Origin: Macrostomum hystrix
Taxonomy: Eukaryota > Animalia > Platyhelminthes
Length of the DNA: 64,000 bases
Assembly: GCA_950097015.1 (NCBI GenBank)
Contig: CATNEN010000001.1
Coordinates: 22,258,001-22,322,000, forward strand
Direction: 5' to 3'
Shown: one piece after another, positions 34,665-50,100 of the stretch
Numbering within the stretch: position 1 is the stretch's first letter
Layout: each line of letters opens with the position of its first letter
Program-made: the position numbers and the translations under genes
The notes under the pieces: generated by a model
Told to the model about the DNA's origin: nothing
Database searches by the model: none
What the model saw: only the letters and a program-made list of their open reading frames with translations

Positions 34665-36890
34665 ATGGAACCAGCTGAGGAACTGCCGTCTGTAGAAGTG
34701 AGTCTGAACCAATGAACTTTCATCGAATTGCAACTTCTTATTTTAGGTCCACCTTTGAGGTTCAAGGTTCTTATTTGAATCTCCATTCGGCTTTATTTAA
34801 ATTTCGCTTGTGATTATGATGGCAATTTATCGGAAAAAATCAGTACCCTTGATGACGTGCGCTTAATACTAATAATAATAATGCTATCTAGCCTTTGTTG
34901 GTATAAGCATAACCTCATTCTGAACTCCAATCTTCATGCCTAACAAGTATTGATTTAAGATATTGGTGCCTTATAAAATTAGCTTGATTCTGATGCACCT
35001 TTTACACGCAACAGGAGCAGCCTCTGCTGACTCGAACAGAACCAATAGTTCTGACCTCGCAGCCGACGCCATTCTGTAAGACTCTGTGCGGCATCTGCAT
35101 TCTATTTATAGTTGCCACCGCCTTGGTCGCTTCATTGAATGAGTCCAAGGAACATCTTAACGGTCATCACGATGAGTCCAAGGACAAGCTGGAAAACTCT
35201 AGCAGCCACCATCAGCAGGCCAGCGGCACAGAGCTGACGGTGCTGGTGCTGAAATGTATTTTCCTAGCTCTGGGAATCAGCGCATATCTGTACCTCGTGT
35301 GTGTGGTAGTGCTGGAGAAGACAATCGATCAGGCCGCCATTGTGCATCCTTATCAGCCTCACAGAATGATCAAACTGGGACCTGTCAACTGGTGCTTTAA
35401 GATGGGACATCATTTGGCCAACTATCCGACCGCCTTCTTCAAGCTCATATTTATCAGCTTCTCCCTTTTAGGCCAGCTCTGCGTGATATTCCAATGCGTG
35501 GAACGCGTGCTTGAAGTCGATTCTATAGGTCTTAAGATGTTTGCGGAGGCAACCCTTTGCGTACTAGTCGCGACCTTCATAATGATCCAGCTTTGGTTCT
35601 TTCTGATGCACAGCAAACTGTGCTTGCAGTCGAGGCTGGACGCGGCCTGGCTGTCTTTCAGCGTGATACTCTCAGCCAACCTGTCATGTTGGTGCTTCCA
35701 CACCGCCTTGGAGATACGAGAAGTATTCGAGATCAAGCAAAGTGACTGGTGCGGAAAAAACCAGCCGGCGACATTGAAGCAGTGGTTCCAGACGCTGGGC
35801 CAGAGCTTTTCGCCGTTTCTGTCCGAGTGTTTCCTGATGGGAGCAATTCTCTCGGGGACCGTCCTGTCCAACGCGGGCCGTTGGGTGGAGGCCATGCAGT
35901 GCAAGTGGCTCTCGGGAGCCTCCGAGGACGACTTGAGGGAAAGCGTCGCGCCTCATCACTACCGCGTGAATGGAAAGTTTGTTAAAAAGCTCCGAAAATA
36001 CGGAGTCAAGCTTGTATTACCATGTGTCTTTTCTTTGGCAGTGGTATTCGCAACAATGGCCGCTAAGATATTTATGACCTGTTCAAAGAGCACAGAAGAG
36101 TGGAATGCGTCGCTCAACCGAATATACACAACCTTACACTCTTTCGGCATAGCTGCCTGCCTCCTGCTGCTGCTTGCGATCTCTCTGAAGCGAAGCTGCG
36201 GTCACGAGCCTGGTGCCGACGACACCCAAATGGAGGATCGACACGCCGCCGACCGCCTGATGCTCTGGTTCGCTGTCGCCGGCGTGGTTGTGTACCGGCT
36301 GCAGCGAATGTGGATTACATTCATCACCAGCCCGCACCTGCCGAATATAGAAGGGGGCACTTCTCTGCTGAATTTCATTCAGAGCATATTGCAGGTGAGC
36401 TCATCAAACCTTTCACGTGGAATCATGATTCAATAATTAACTTGACGTACGGGCTTGAAGGGCGAACATTTAAGGGCAACATGCCACACAGCTACATCCA
36501 TCCAAACCTGACCTCATCGTGCAGCTGTCAGTAATCGAAGGAATCTTGTCTGGTCGGATCCGCAACCTGAACCGAATACTAGCCAATGGGACTGCTTGGT
36601 TCATGATATTTCTTAACGCTGCTGAATGGTTCATCTATGCCACAGCCTTCGGCCTGATCACTGGCTACAGAAACGAGGACTCCCTTAACCTGGCCCTGGC
36701 CATTGTCAGCATGCCGCTGCACGTATTCTTCTGCTTTCACTCCATCGGTTGCTTCTATGAGTTTAAGGAGCACATGCACAGCCGCGACCAGCACACTAAC
36801 GCTGCGCTGACCACGAACAGCACAAACTTTAACAACAACCAACCCGCAGTCAGCGAGGAGGCCATTCTGCCCCCGTCCGCCGACTCCTGA
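34665..36890 (+). CDS. Otopetrin-like multi-pass protein; exons 34665-34697, 35015-35075, 35112-36394, 36525-36890
   Basis: IQLWFFLMHSKLC..SANLSCW, SPFLSECFL..NAG and MPLHVFFCFHS align with OTOP motifs; junction phases are consistent. Confidence 0.8.
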
Positions 36891-38173
36891 GCACAGACAC
36901 AAACGAAAGCATGTACATCTCTATACAGCCTCACAAACTACAAACAGTGCCACGTGAAAGCTAGTAGCATTACTGTCAACAAAAACTAACAAAACAACAG
37001 TAGAAAGACAAAATATGATTGCTCTTTTACGAATGTGATATATTATATCGAATATTTAATTGGAGAAACTTGAATAAAAATCTCTAATTAGTAACAAAAC
37101 CAATGCTCAATTACATGCTACTTCTAGTAGAACAACGCTTGCCCGTGAGGGAGAAAGAAGAGATGTGCAAAACGCATTACGGAAAAGCTTAGAGGAAATA
37201 TAAGCTTCTATTAAAACAAAACTAGCTTTCCTTCGCTTCATATGGGATGAAAAATGACTGTCTCCCAGAAGACAGGACAGGATCTTCATCTTCATTGAAC
37301 ACCTGGAGTCTTTGACAAAGGAACTTGAAAAAAAGAGGAAAATTCTTTGTTTAAAACGACTGAACGCGTAGCGGCAAATATGAAAAACTGATTTTGATGT
37401 TTGTGCAAAAACTAGAAAAGCATTGCCTCATTTTCGATGAGATTGCAAATATATCTGCTTGCAGTGCTAGCAAAGAAAACTAAAAAAATTCAAATGGATA
37501 AAAACTGGTACACGAAAACAATGAACAGCCCTTAAAGGAGAGATGAATTCATAGGCTATCTAGAAAATTAGCAAGCAATTTAAAGGCAGCATAAAGTACA
37601 GATTACTGTATGCAGCTTTATAAAATAATTATTTGTTTGACAGAGAGGCATGCCGATAACATTGACAGACACAAAAGTTTAATGCGAAAACAGACACACT
37701 GACAGGGATATTAGATAGGAAAGTTTCTATTTGTTAATGAATATTCAGAATATTAACTGGCTAAGCATTGTCGATTCGCAAACAAAAGTAAATTATTTGA
37801 TAGCATAAACTGGCTATGACTTGTTAAACGTCTAGTTAATTGTCATCTTCTACAATTAAGATGAAATTGCATCTAATCTAATACGAGCTAAAGTAAAAAT
37901 AAATGTATTCAGTTGCAACCATAGAACACTGGAATTCAACAGCTGAACTCTATATTAAGCTTACATTTTATTAAAGCAACGGTGGCGGACTCACAATAGT
38001 ATGCTCACAGATTGCCGACATGTGGCGAAATAAACAATAACAATAAAAAGTGCATCCGCCATTGTTAGCTAGCAGCTTGATAGCATGCTCTAGTAGATGT
38101 GAAATAAAGGATTTATTCAGAGTAACTACATCTAGCAGTGCATGAGGATAAATCATTGTCCTGACCCCGCCAG

Positions 38174-41100
38174 TTACAACAGCTTCTTCTCTGGGCAGGA
38201 GCACTTGAGTAGCTGCGCGCTAGTCACTGTGGGATGATCGTCGCACGAGAACGCGTAGCCGGAGTCTGGAATAGAGCGGCGTTCACAACTCAAGCTTCTA
38301 CTCATACCCAACATGCGAGAGATAGTGAGCTGCTATAGAAATCTGACTCATAACTGCTGTGACTGCCGTGACACTGAGTTGGTTATTACCCACCTAACCC
38401 TAAACTGGTGATGGGTCATTACCCACCTAACCCTAAACTGGTGATGGGTCATTACCCACCTAACCCTAAACTGGTGATGGGTCATTACCCACCTAACCCT
38501 AAACTGGTGATGGGTCATTACCCACCTAACCCTAAACTGGTGATGGGTCATTACCCACCTAACCCTAAACTGGTGATGGGTCATTACCCACCTAACCCTA
38601 AACTGGTGATGGGTCATTTCCCACCTAACCCTAAACTGGTGATGGGTCATTACCCACCTAACCCTAAACTGGTGATGGGTCATTTCCCACCTAACCCTAA
38701 ACTGGTGATGGGTCATTTCCCACCTAACCCTAAACTGGTGATGGGTCATTACCCACCTAACCCTAAACTGGTGATGGGTCATTTCCCACCTAACCCTAAA
38801 CTGGTGATGGGTCATTTCCCACCTAACCCTAAACTGGTGATGGGTCATTACCGACCTAACCCTAAACTGATAATTGGTCATTACCCCTTCACCTCCTAAA
38901 CTGATAATGGATCATTACCCCTCCACCTCCTAAACTGATAATGGATCATTACCCCTCCACCTCCTAAACTGATAATGGGATATTTACAAGCAATTTAGTT
39001 GCCAGTTGACAGTACTAATCCCACTAGTATCTATTCATTTCGATCAGCATTTAGACAGTTGAATAAGGAAGCAATATTTTAAGGAATATGGAATTTGCAG
39101 CCGTATTCTACTAGCAGTAGAGCGGTTCGCTTTGATTGATTAAAATTACAGTTCAGATTCAGATCAGCTGCACTACAATAAGCAACAATGGATTGGTTAA
39201 ATTAGAAAGCGAGTTACACAGAATCAGATTTTCAAATCAGATTTGTTTACACAGTGATTCAGTTTGAATGAAATCTTTCAGAGTTACACAAAGACCACAC
39301 TGACCGTGCTGTGACAGCACACATAATGATATGTTAAAAAATTAAATAAATCCGACTTGTTTGACAGACAATCTTTGTGACTAGAACAAGCGGGTGCACA
39401 CAAAAGTATTAAGAAAATCTGTTAGCAATTTTACCCAATCTGGTACGCTCTGAAAAGTAGATATTCGTTCTCAGTATATGGCTTTAGGGGATTGGGAGTA
39501 CTGGAGATGGGGAAATATATTTCGGGGGACTGGTGAGTGAATAGTGAGAGATTGGGGGAATATTAGGGATTGAGAATATAGGAGGATTGGGGATAATAGG
39601 ATGATTGAGGAATATAGGATGATTGGGGAACATAGGATGATTGGGGAACATAGGATGATTGGGGAACATAGGATGATTGGGGATTATAGGAGGATTGGGG
39701 ATGATAGGAGGATAGGGGAATATTAGAGGATTGAGGATTATAGGAGGATTGGGGAATATAGGATGATTGGGGATTATAGGAGGATTGGGGAATATAGGAT
39801 GATTGGGGAATATAGGATGATTGGGGATTATAGGAGGATTGGGGAATATAGGATGATTGGGGATTATAAGAGGATTGAGGATTATAGGAGGATTGGGGAA
39901 TATAGGATGATTGGGGATTATAAGAGGATTGAGGATTATAGGAGGATTGGGGAATATAGGATGATTGGGGAATATAGGATGATTGGGGATTATAAGAGGA
40001 TTGAGGATTATAGGAGGATTGGGGAGTATAGGATGATTGGGGAATATAGGATGACTGGGGATTATAAGAGGATTGAGGATTATAGGAGGATTGGGGAGTA
40101 TAGGAGGATTGGGGATTATAAGAGGATTGAGGATTATAGGAGGATTGGGGATGATAGGAGGATAGGGGAATATTAGAGGATTGGGGATTATAGGAGGATT
40201 GGGGAATATAGGATGATTGGGGATTATAAGAGGATTGAGGATTATAGGAGGATTGGGGAGTATAGGATGATTGGGGAATATAGGATGATTGGGGATTATA
40301 GGAGGATTGGGTATTATAGGAGGATTGGGGAATATAGGATGATTGGATAATATAGTATGATTAAGGATTATAGGAGGATTGGGGATTATAGGAGGATTGG
40401 GAAATATTAGAGGATTGAGGAATATTAGAGGATTGAGAATTATAGGATAATTGGGGATTTTTTGGGGATTGAAATTATAGGAGGATTAGGGAATATATAA
40501 GGATTGGGGATTTTTTGGGGATTGGGGATATAAATAGGATTGTGGAATATGAAAGGATTGCGGATCGGTGAATCGAAGAATCCTGGAATTGCGGAATGGC
40601 ATACATACGAGTACATGCTCAGCACAATTACAAGTTCTATCATCCAATTACCAGGGTAAATAATACTACTTGGAAGAAAATTTTGTTACTTTTCCTAATC
40701 AACTTACGACTAGTGTGCGCTATCTGATCCGCACCCGCAGCCGCCTCAGCAGCGCCACCAATAGTGCTCGGACTTCCAGCTGCGGCGGCACTGGATTTAG
40801 CTGCTTCGAGTCCCGCTGAAGCGGCCCCGGTGGCCGGGCCAGCGGCAGCGGAGGGCGAACCGCGATGACCGCTGACTGCGTTGCGGAACAGGCGGGCCTT
40901 TTCGGAAACCCTGCGGCAGAGACAATAGGAGGCGGCGACAGTTAGCAACTAGCACTATGGCTATGGCAAAGAATTGCCGACCTCAGAAAATTGGGGAGGA
41001 GGGGGAAAATTGGAGGACAGTGGGGGAGGAAGGTGAGAATTGGAAGACAGTGGGGGAGGAAGGTGAGAATTGGAAGACAGTGGGGGAGGAAGGTGAGAAT

Positions 41101-44100
41101 TGGAAGAAAGTGGGTACTGAGAGGGGAGAATTGGAAGACGGTGGGGGAGGAAGGGGAGAACTGGAAGACAGTGGGTTCTGAGAGGGGAGAATTAGAAGAC
41201 GGTGGGGAGGAACGTGAGAATTTGAGGACAGTGGGAGATGAAGGGAGAATTGGAGCACAGTGGGAGATGAAGGGAGAATTGGAGCACAGTGGGAGATGAA
41301 GGGAGAATTGGAGCACAGTGGGAGATGAAGGGAGAATTGGAGCACAGTGGGAGATGAAGGGAGAATTGGAGCACAGTGGGAGATGAAGGGAGAATTGGAG
41401 CACAGTGGGAGATGAAAGGAGAATTGGAGCACAGTGGGAGATGAAGGGAGAATTGGAGCACAGTGGGAGAGGAAGGTGAGAATTGGAGCACAGTGGTAGA
41501 GGAAGGTGAGAATTGGAGCACAGTGGGAGATGAAGGGAGAATTGGAGCACAGTGGTAGAGGAAGGTGAGAATTGGAGCACAGTGGGAGATGAAGGGAGAA
41601 TTGGAGCACAGTGGGAGATGAAGGGAGAATTGGAGCACAGTGGTAGAGGAAGGTGAGAATTGGAGCACAGTGGTAGAGGAAGGTGAGAATTGGAGCACAG
41701 TGGTAGAGGAAGGTGAGAATTGGAGCACAGTGGGAGAGGAAGGTGAGAATTGGAGCACAGTGGGAGAGGAAGGTGAGAATTGGAGCACAGTGGTAGAGGA
41801 AGGTGAGAATTGGAGCACAGTGGTAGAGAAAGGTGAGAATTGGAGCACAGTGGGAGATGAAGGGAGAATTGGAGCACAGTGGGAGATGAAGGGAGAATTG
41901 GAGCACAGTGGGAGATGAAGGGAGAATTGGAGCACAGTGGTAGAGGAAGGTGAGAATTGGAGCACAGTGGTAGAGGAAGGTGAGAATTGGAGCACAGTGG
42001 TAGAGGAAGGTGAGAATTGGAGCACAGTGGGAGAGGAAGGTGAGAATTGGAGCACAGTGGGAGAGGAAGGTGAGAATTGGAGCACAGTGGTAGAGGAAGG
42101 TGAGAATTGGAGCACAGTGGTAGAGAAAGGTGAGAATTGGAGCACAGTGGGAGATGAACGGAGAATTGGAGCACAGTGGGAGATGAAGGGAGAATTGGAG
42201 CACAGTGGTAGAGAAAGGTGAGAATTGGAGCACAGTGGGAGATGAAGGGAGAATTGGAGCACAGTGGGAGAGGAGCGGATGTTAAAGATACTATAGAAAA
42301 GACGAAACTGTACTTTTGAAGAGCAGATTTAAAAGGCCTACAGCGAGCGCAAAATGAGAATGTCGGGAGCTTAACAAGATGGACAAACCTATACCCAACT
42401 AAGAGAGAAACGCGGGAGCTTAATTATCGCTTAACAAAATTGATCGGACGGCCACAGAGGCAAGTTTAAGAGACCCATTCAGACAATTAGAGACACAGGA
42501 GTGTCTCGTGGATACAGGCTTCAAGAAAGACAGACGTACAGGCATACAGTGAAACACACATGAATATACATATACTTAAGAATAATAAAATAAACATTTA
42601 CACTTGCCACAATAAAGTATATGTGTAGCCAACAGCACCCAGGAGCCGCATCACTGGGGGACGCCACACCCACCCTCAATTACCATAGCTAATGCTGGTA
42701 CCCATTTAACAGCTGGGTGAACTGAAGCAAGGCAGAGTAAAGTGTCTTGCCAAACGGCACACATTTTTTCAGTGAAGCCAGGAATCGAACCACCAAACTT
42801 TAAGATGTGAGTTCGACTTTCTAAGCACTAGGCTACAAACCTATAGAGACAGACAGGCTGACAGGCAGACATAGGCAGACAGATACTGTAAGCAGACACA
42901 CGCTCACACAGGTGTGTCAATCTGCCCTGACTTTCTCATCGTCAGGCAGTGTACACTTTCCTGTGCCTCGGAGGTTGGCCCTCAAGGGCGTAAATTGCAC
43001 GACAAGCCCCCAAGCCTTCTCTCCGCGGCTGTGCCCCAAAGTAATGTGGCCTCGCCTTGGGAATCGAACTTAGGGACCTTGGTGCAAGAGGCAAACGCGT
43101 TAACCATTCTGCCATCGACCTGCTGGCAGACAGACAGACAGACAGACAGACAGACAGGCAGACAGACAGACAGACAGACAGACAGACGGACAGACAGACA
43201 GACAGACAGGCAGACAGACAGAAAGACAGGCAGACAGACAGACAGACAGACAGACAGACAGGCAGACAGACAGACAGGCAGACAGACAGGCAGACAGACA
43301 GACAGGCTCGGGTGGCATAACTCACTTCTTGTAGGTGCCCTGGAACAGCACCGTGGAGGGATCCTCTCGCAGCTTCTCCATCTCGAAGACCTCCTCTCTC
43401 AGCGTCTTCTTGCAAGTCTTCTTGTAGGCCTTCCAAGCCACATCCCTGGTGAGGGCCAGGGCGGGCACGAGCATCAGCAGGTACCAGAAGATGCCGGAGC
43501 CGAACAGCGCCCTGTCGTAGCCGACAACTTCGGCGAAATTGCCGCCGGCGTGGGGGAAAAAGTTGGAAGAGATGAGAAGAAACACCAGATAGTTGCCTAT
43601 GCCACCCCAGATAGCCAGGTGTGACATTCCTGTCCAGGCTGTGTGCTCAAGGCCGGCTTTGAGTCCAACGGTTATGACAGCGATGGCGTACACCAGACTG
43701 CCCAGATAGTACAGGCCGGCAGTTTTGCCATCGGAGAAGACGGCCCCCGTGGACACGGCTAGCAGGACGCATAGGAAGATGATGGCCGAATGGTACACAC
43801 CGTTCAGCATCCACAGGGTGAATACTCTGAAGTTATACCTGTCCGAGCCTTGGCACTCGCGGTAGAGCTGAGGATAACGCATGCAGTTCTCAACTGAGCA
43901 GCAACGATCCCAGACTCCCAGCGCGAACGGCGTAGCCCCGGTGAAGAACACATTGTACAGGGCTTGGGTCCATTTTTCGAACATCACCTGCACAGGTTGA
44001 CATGTGGGTGGCTAGAATTAGTCTATGGTCAAAATAATATAATAAAAATAATGATTGATTACACCTGCCCTAATTGGGCCAGATGCGCAGCCGACAGCAC

Positions 44101-47100
44101 AGCCGCAGCTATTGCGCGGCGCATCTGAAGGCTGCGTACAGCTGTTCAGTCCATGGACTGGGAGACACTAAGTAAAGTGTCTTACTAAAGGACACAAATT
44201 GTTCCAGTGGAGTCGGGAATCGAACCCCTGACCTTCAAGCCGTAAGTCCGACGCTCTAACAACAAGGCTACAACCTCCTATGGTCAAAAACGTGAGTTGA
44301 ATACGAAAGTTGCAGACTTACCTGACCGGAGAAACCTGACACCAGAGCGAACCAGAATGCCGTGACATAGATGGTAATGTTCTTATAGAATGAGAACAGT
44401 ATCACTATGGTCACTCGGTGATAATTCCAAGCTCCGTGCACCAGCAGCAGCTTCTTTAGGAAGCGAAACTGCGACAGCGAATAATCCGAAGCGGCTGAAG
44501 CCTGCAGGCCTTCCTTGCCTTTGAGGCCGACGCCAACGTGGCTCTCCTGAATCATCGGCACATCGTTGGCTCCGTCGCCAATGGCCAGAGTGACGGCTGA
44601 CGGCATGGCTTCGCGGACGTAGCGGACAACGTCGGATTTCTGCTTGGGACTGACGCGACAGCAGATCACCGTGCGGCACTGTAGGCACACCTGCGGATAG
44701 CAACGGGTTAGCAACGACTTAATAACATGAAAGAAAAGTATAGTTAGTGATTGTGAATAGTGAATTAGACAGTTTGTGAATGGTATATCAGACAGTTGGT
44801 GAATGGTGAATCAGACAGTTGGTGAATGGTGAATCAGGCAGTTGGTGAATCAGGCAGTTGGTGAATTAGGCAGTTGGTGAATCAGACAGTTGGTGAATCA
44901 GGCAGTTGGTGAATCAGGCAGTTGGTGAATCAGGCAGTTGGTGAATGGTGAATCAGGCAGTTGGTGAATCAGGCAGTTGGTGAATCAGGCAGTTGGTGAA
45001 TCAGGCAGTTGGTGAATCAGGCAGTTGGTGAATCAGGCAGTTGGTGAATCAGGCAGTTGGTGAATCAGGCAGTTGGTGAATCAGGCAGTTGGTGAATGGT
45101 GAATCAGGCAGTTGGTGAATCAGGCAGTTGGTGAATCAGGCAGTTAGTGAATGGTGAATCAGGCAGTTGGTGAATCAGGCAGTTGGTGAATGGTGAATCA
45201 GGCAGTTGGTGAATCAGGCAGTTGGTGAATCAGGTTGGTGAATCAGGCAGTTGGTAAATCAGGCAGTTGGTGAATCAGGCAGTTGGTGAATCAGGCAGTT
45301 GGTGAATGGTGAATCAGGCAGTTGGTGAATCAGGCAGTTGGTAAAAATGGTGAATCAGGCAGTTGGTGAATGGTGAATCAGGCAGTTGGTGAATGGTGAA
45401 TCAGGCAGTTGGTGAATCAGGCAGTTGGTGAATGGTGAATCAGGCAGTTGGTGAATGGTGAATCAGGCAGTTGGTGAATGGTGAATCAGGCAGTTGGTGA
45501 ATGGTGAATCAGGCAGTTGGTGAATCAGGCAGTTGGTGAATGGTGAATCAGGCATTCCTACTCACATCGATAAACTCGTGCCGCAGGCTGCGGTGGCTGG
45601 CCCAGGCCAGGCTTTCGCCCTCGATGACCAGCGCGGGCTCCTTGCCCCTGACGCCGGCCAGGCTGCCTAGCCAGATTGCCAGGTCGGCGATGGCGTTCCT
45701 GACTGCGCTGAGGCTGTCGCCAGTGAGTGTGCGAACCTCCATCTCAGGCTGCAGCAGGCGGCAGGAGTAGCCGATGTTGACGGCAGTTTCCAGCTTGTCG
45801 CCGGTGAGGACCCAGATCCGGATTCCGGCTAGCAGGAGGTCGTTGATGGTCGCGGGCACTCCGGTCTGAAGCCGGTCCTCGATGGCGGTGGCGCCGAGCA
45901 GCCGAAGGTTCTACCGGGTGTTGGACATTGTGGAATTTAAGATTGGTCAATAACTTTAGCTTAATCAACTAGCTAAACAATGTGTTGACACGATCAATGC
46001 AAAAGCCCACTTTGGATAATGACCAACTCTATATGATAAAACTTATAGATAAAACTCTATAAGACCAACAATATGAGCACACTATGGATTACGATCTACA
46101 GTATGAGCACACTATGGATTACGATCAACAATATGAGCACACTATGGATTACGATCAACAATATGAGCACACTATGGATTACGATCACCAGTATGAGCAA
46201 ACTATGGATTATGATCACCAGTATGAGCACACTATGGATTATGATCACCAGTATGAGCAAACTATGGATTATGATCACCAGTATGAGCAAACTATGAATT
46301 ATGATCACCAGTATGAGCAAACTATGGATTATGATCACCAGTATGAGCAAAATATGGATTATGATCACCAGTATGAGCAAACTATGGATTACGATCACCA
46401 GTATGAGCAAACTATGGATTATGATCACCAGTATGAGCAAACTATGGATTACGATCACCAGTATGAGCAAACTATGGATTATGATCACCAGTATGAGCAA
46501 ACTATGGATTACGATCACCAGTATGAGCAAACTATGGATTATGATCACCAGTATGAGCCCACTATGGATTATGGTCAACAATAAGATCAAAATAGAGACT
46601 ATGATAAACAAAAATGAGCAAACTAGGGATTAGGATCAATAATATGATCAAACCGTGAGCCACTGATCAAGCAAAAACTGACTAGTATGAGAACAGCGGA
46701 TTTACAAGACAGCCCCACAAACATGAGCAGCAGGTGGGAGAGAAAGGAAGTGCACTCGGGTGGGAGAAACGGAAGAGAGTCACTCCCATCATTAAAGAAT
46801 AACTTGCAGCTGCCTCATCCACCTAGCCGCTCCGGAGACGGCGCTAGAAATGGCCCTCAGAGTGAGAACAGTGGAGCAGTCGGATTGGGATTAACGGGGG
46901 ATGTTGCCCAGGAAGGAGATTTGGCAACAGACAGTGAGAGCACTTTCACTATTACAGTACGGAATTCAGTTTCCGAACTAGCCTAATTGGACCAGGGAGA
47001 TTATGAATAATTATTTTTCGGCACAGTAAATAATATTTTTCAAGGCTGATCTCACGCGTGAGTGAGCGAATAATTAGAGTGGCTAGCCAACAGTAGCTTT

Positions 47101-50100
47101 GCAGTTGCTTAATACAATATGATTATACCCTGATTGGTCAAGCGACCGCACCAACGCTACACCAACGCTTCACTACGCTACTGTTTATCCTGATTGTTAA
47201 AGTGACTACACCAACCTCACTCCACCACTATGATTCGTTAAGAGAATACACCAACCTCACTCTACTATTATGACTGGTTAAGAGACTACAGCAATCTTAC
47301 TCCACCACTCTGATTGGTTAACAGACTACAACAACCTCACTCCACCACTTTGATTGGTTAAGAGAATTCTACAACCTCACTCCACCACTTTGATTGGTTA
47401 AGAGACTTCAACAACCTTACTCCACCACTCTGATTGGTTAAGAGACTACAACAACCTCACTCCACCACTTTGATTAGTTAGGAAACTACAAAAACCTCAC
47501 TCCACCACTCTGATTGGTTAAGAGACTACAACAACCTCACTCCACCACTTTGATTTGTTAAGAGAATTCTACAACCTCACTCCACCACTTTGATTGGTTA
47601 AGAGACTTCAACAACCTTACTCCACAACTCTAATTTGTTAAGAGACTACAACAACCTCACTCCACCACTTTGATTAGTTAAGAAACTACAACAACCTCAC
47701 TCCACCACTCTGATTGGTAAAGCGACGAGGCCATTGGTAACTTTATAGACCAGTAACTTATTAACAATCAGTAGAAGTAAAAAAAGTAGGGATTGCGACT
47801 TACTTTTTCAATTTTTTCGGCCACCATTTCGAGTTTGAACTCCCGGCGTTCGATATCATTCTTAGCACTGTCGTACTCAACTTGCAGTTTAGACCATTTA
47901 TCTGGAGACAATTCTGCTACAGCGATGCACAGGGTGCGTAGGCCAGCGATAGCAAATTTACCCATGTGAGAAGTGGTCTCCGGTACAAGGTGGGGCGACT
48001 GAAGTCGCGAGAAAATCACAGAGTCCTGTAAAATAATCATTTTAATTGTGTCGTTCATAATAAACCACCCACCTCCGATTGGTTGAATCTAATCGACAAA
48101 TAGACAAAGACTGACACTCACGGCTCCCTTGCAGAAGACTCTTATAGCGCCATTCGGACAGCGGACAACCATAGACATGCGCTTGCGATCGCTAGTGAAC
48201 TCAAACGTGGCCAAAATTTCAAAGCGAAGCATCTCATCATTCTGGAAAGGTTAGTACAAATCAAAACAAGTCATGCATTGAGCGCAACATTCGGCCCAAC
48301 AAGGATAAGCATAATCTATGTCTCTCTAGTCCATTATGTAGGACAGAGGTCCGGAACCTCCCGTCCGCAGGCCAGATGCGGCCCTCGAAGCTCCTAAATC
48401 CTAACATCTGGTCCATTCAAAAACACACACTACCCTGTCGATCAATATTGTGACTCATCTCTCCACTCTCATCTCTCCACTCTCATCTCTCCGCTGCCTC
48501 ATCTCTCCACTCTCATCTCTCCACTGTCTCATCTCTCCGTTGTCTCATCTCTCCGCTGCCTCATCTCTCCACTCTCATCTCTCCACTGTCTCATCTCTCC
48601 GTTGTCTCATCTCTCCGCTGTCTCATGTCTCCACTCTCATCTCTCCACTCTCATCTCTCCACTCTCATCTCTCCGCTGTCTCATCTCTCGACTGACTCAT
48701 CTCTCCGCTGCCTCATCTCTCCCCTCTCATCTCTCCACTGTCTCATCTCTCCGTTGTCTCATCTCTCCACTCTCATCTCTCCACTGTCTCATCTCTCCGT
48801 TGTCTCATCTCTCCGCTGTCTCATCTCTCCACTCTCATCTCTCCACTGTCTTATCTCTCCACTGTCTTATCTCTCCATTGTCTCATCTCTCCGTTGTCTT
48901 ATCTCTTCAATGTCTCATCTCTCCGTTGTCTCATCCCTCCGTTGTCTCATCTCTCCATTGTCTTATCTCTCCCGTGTCTCATCTCTCTGTTGTCTTAACT
49001 CTCGTTGACTCATCTCTTCGATGTCTCAAATATTTGATGACTTATCTCTTGAGTCACCTCCTGCGGCCGCTATCGTATTTTGGACTGTCAATTTGGCCCG
49101 CGGAGCATATAAATCGTCTGTCTCTAGCCCATTCTGGAGGCAAGCACTCACCACTTTGACAGTGACAAAAGTGTCCAAGCTTCGTTCAAACAGTTCGTAG
49201 CCCATATCCTTGGCGGCCACCACTAGCGCACTCTCGTCTGGCGAGCTGGCGCTGTACTCTAGCAGCCTGCCCTGAGGGTCCCGCTCGGGAATGACGGTGT
49301 GGCACACAGTCAGGATGGTCAGGAACATGTCAAGGTCGGCATTTTTACCACCGGAGGCTTCGGCTCGCATCGATTCAACGCCGGAGACGAACTCGTATGC
49401 GCCGGGGCCTGTACTAACAGCATCGCCGAACATTACACCCCCTACCGTGGCGCCTTGAAACACCATGGAGTTCTGAGTGAGTGTGCCGGTCTTGTCGGAG
49501 AATATAAAGTTAACCTGGCCCAGCTCCTCATTTAAGCTGGAGGTGCGCGCCTCCGCAGCAATGTCAGCTACGGGGTCGTACATGTCCATGTCCTGCGTCA
49601 GATCGGCGTGCGAGATGGGAGTCAGTTATGATGGAATTACATTATCACTTATTCGAGACTGGAGCACGCAAGTCAGATCTAATGGGAGATGATTGGGATC
49701 TGATGGGAGAGGATTGGGATCTGATGGGAGATGATTGGGATCTGATGGGAGAGGATTGGGATCTGATGGGAGAGGATTGGGATCTCATATAAAAGGATTG
49801 GGATCTGATGGGAGAGGATTGGGATCTGATGGGAAAGGATTGGGATCTCATATAAAAGGATTGGGATCTGATGGGAGAGGATTGGGATCTCATATAAAAG
49901 GATACAGATCTGATCGGAGAGGATTGGGATCTCATAAAAAAGGATTCGGATCTGATGGGAGAGGATTCGGATCTCATATAAAGGGATTGGGGTCTGATGG
50001 GAGAGGATTGGGATCTCATAAAAAAGGATTCGGATCTGATGGGAGAGGATTGGGATCTCATAGAAAAGGATTGGGATCTGATGGGAGAGGATTCGGATCT

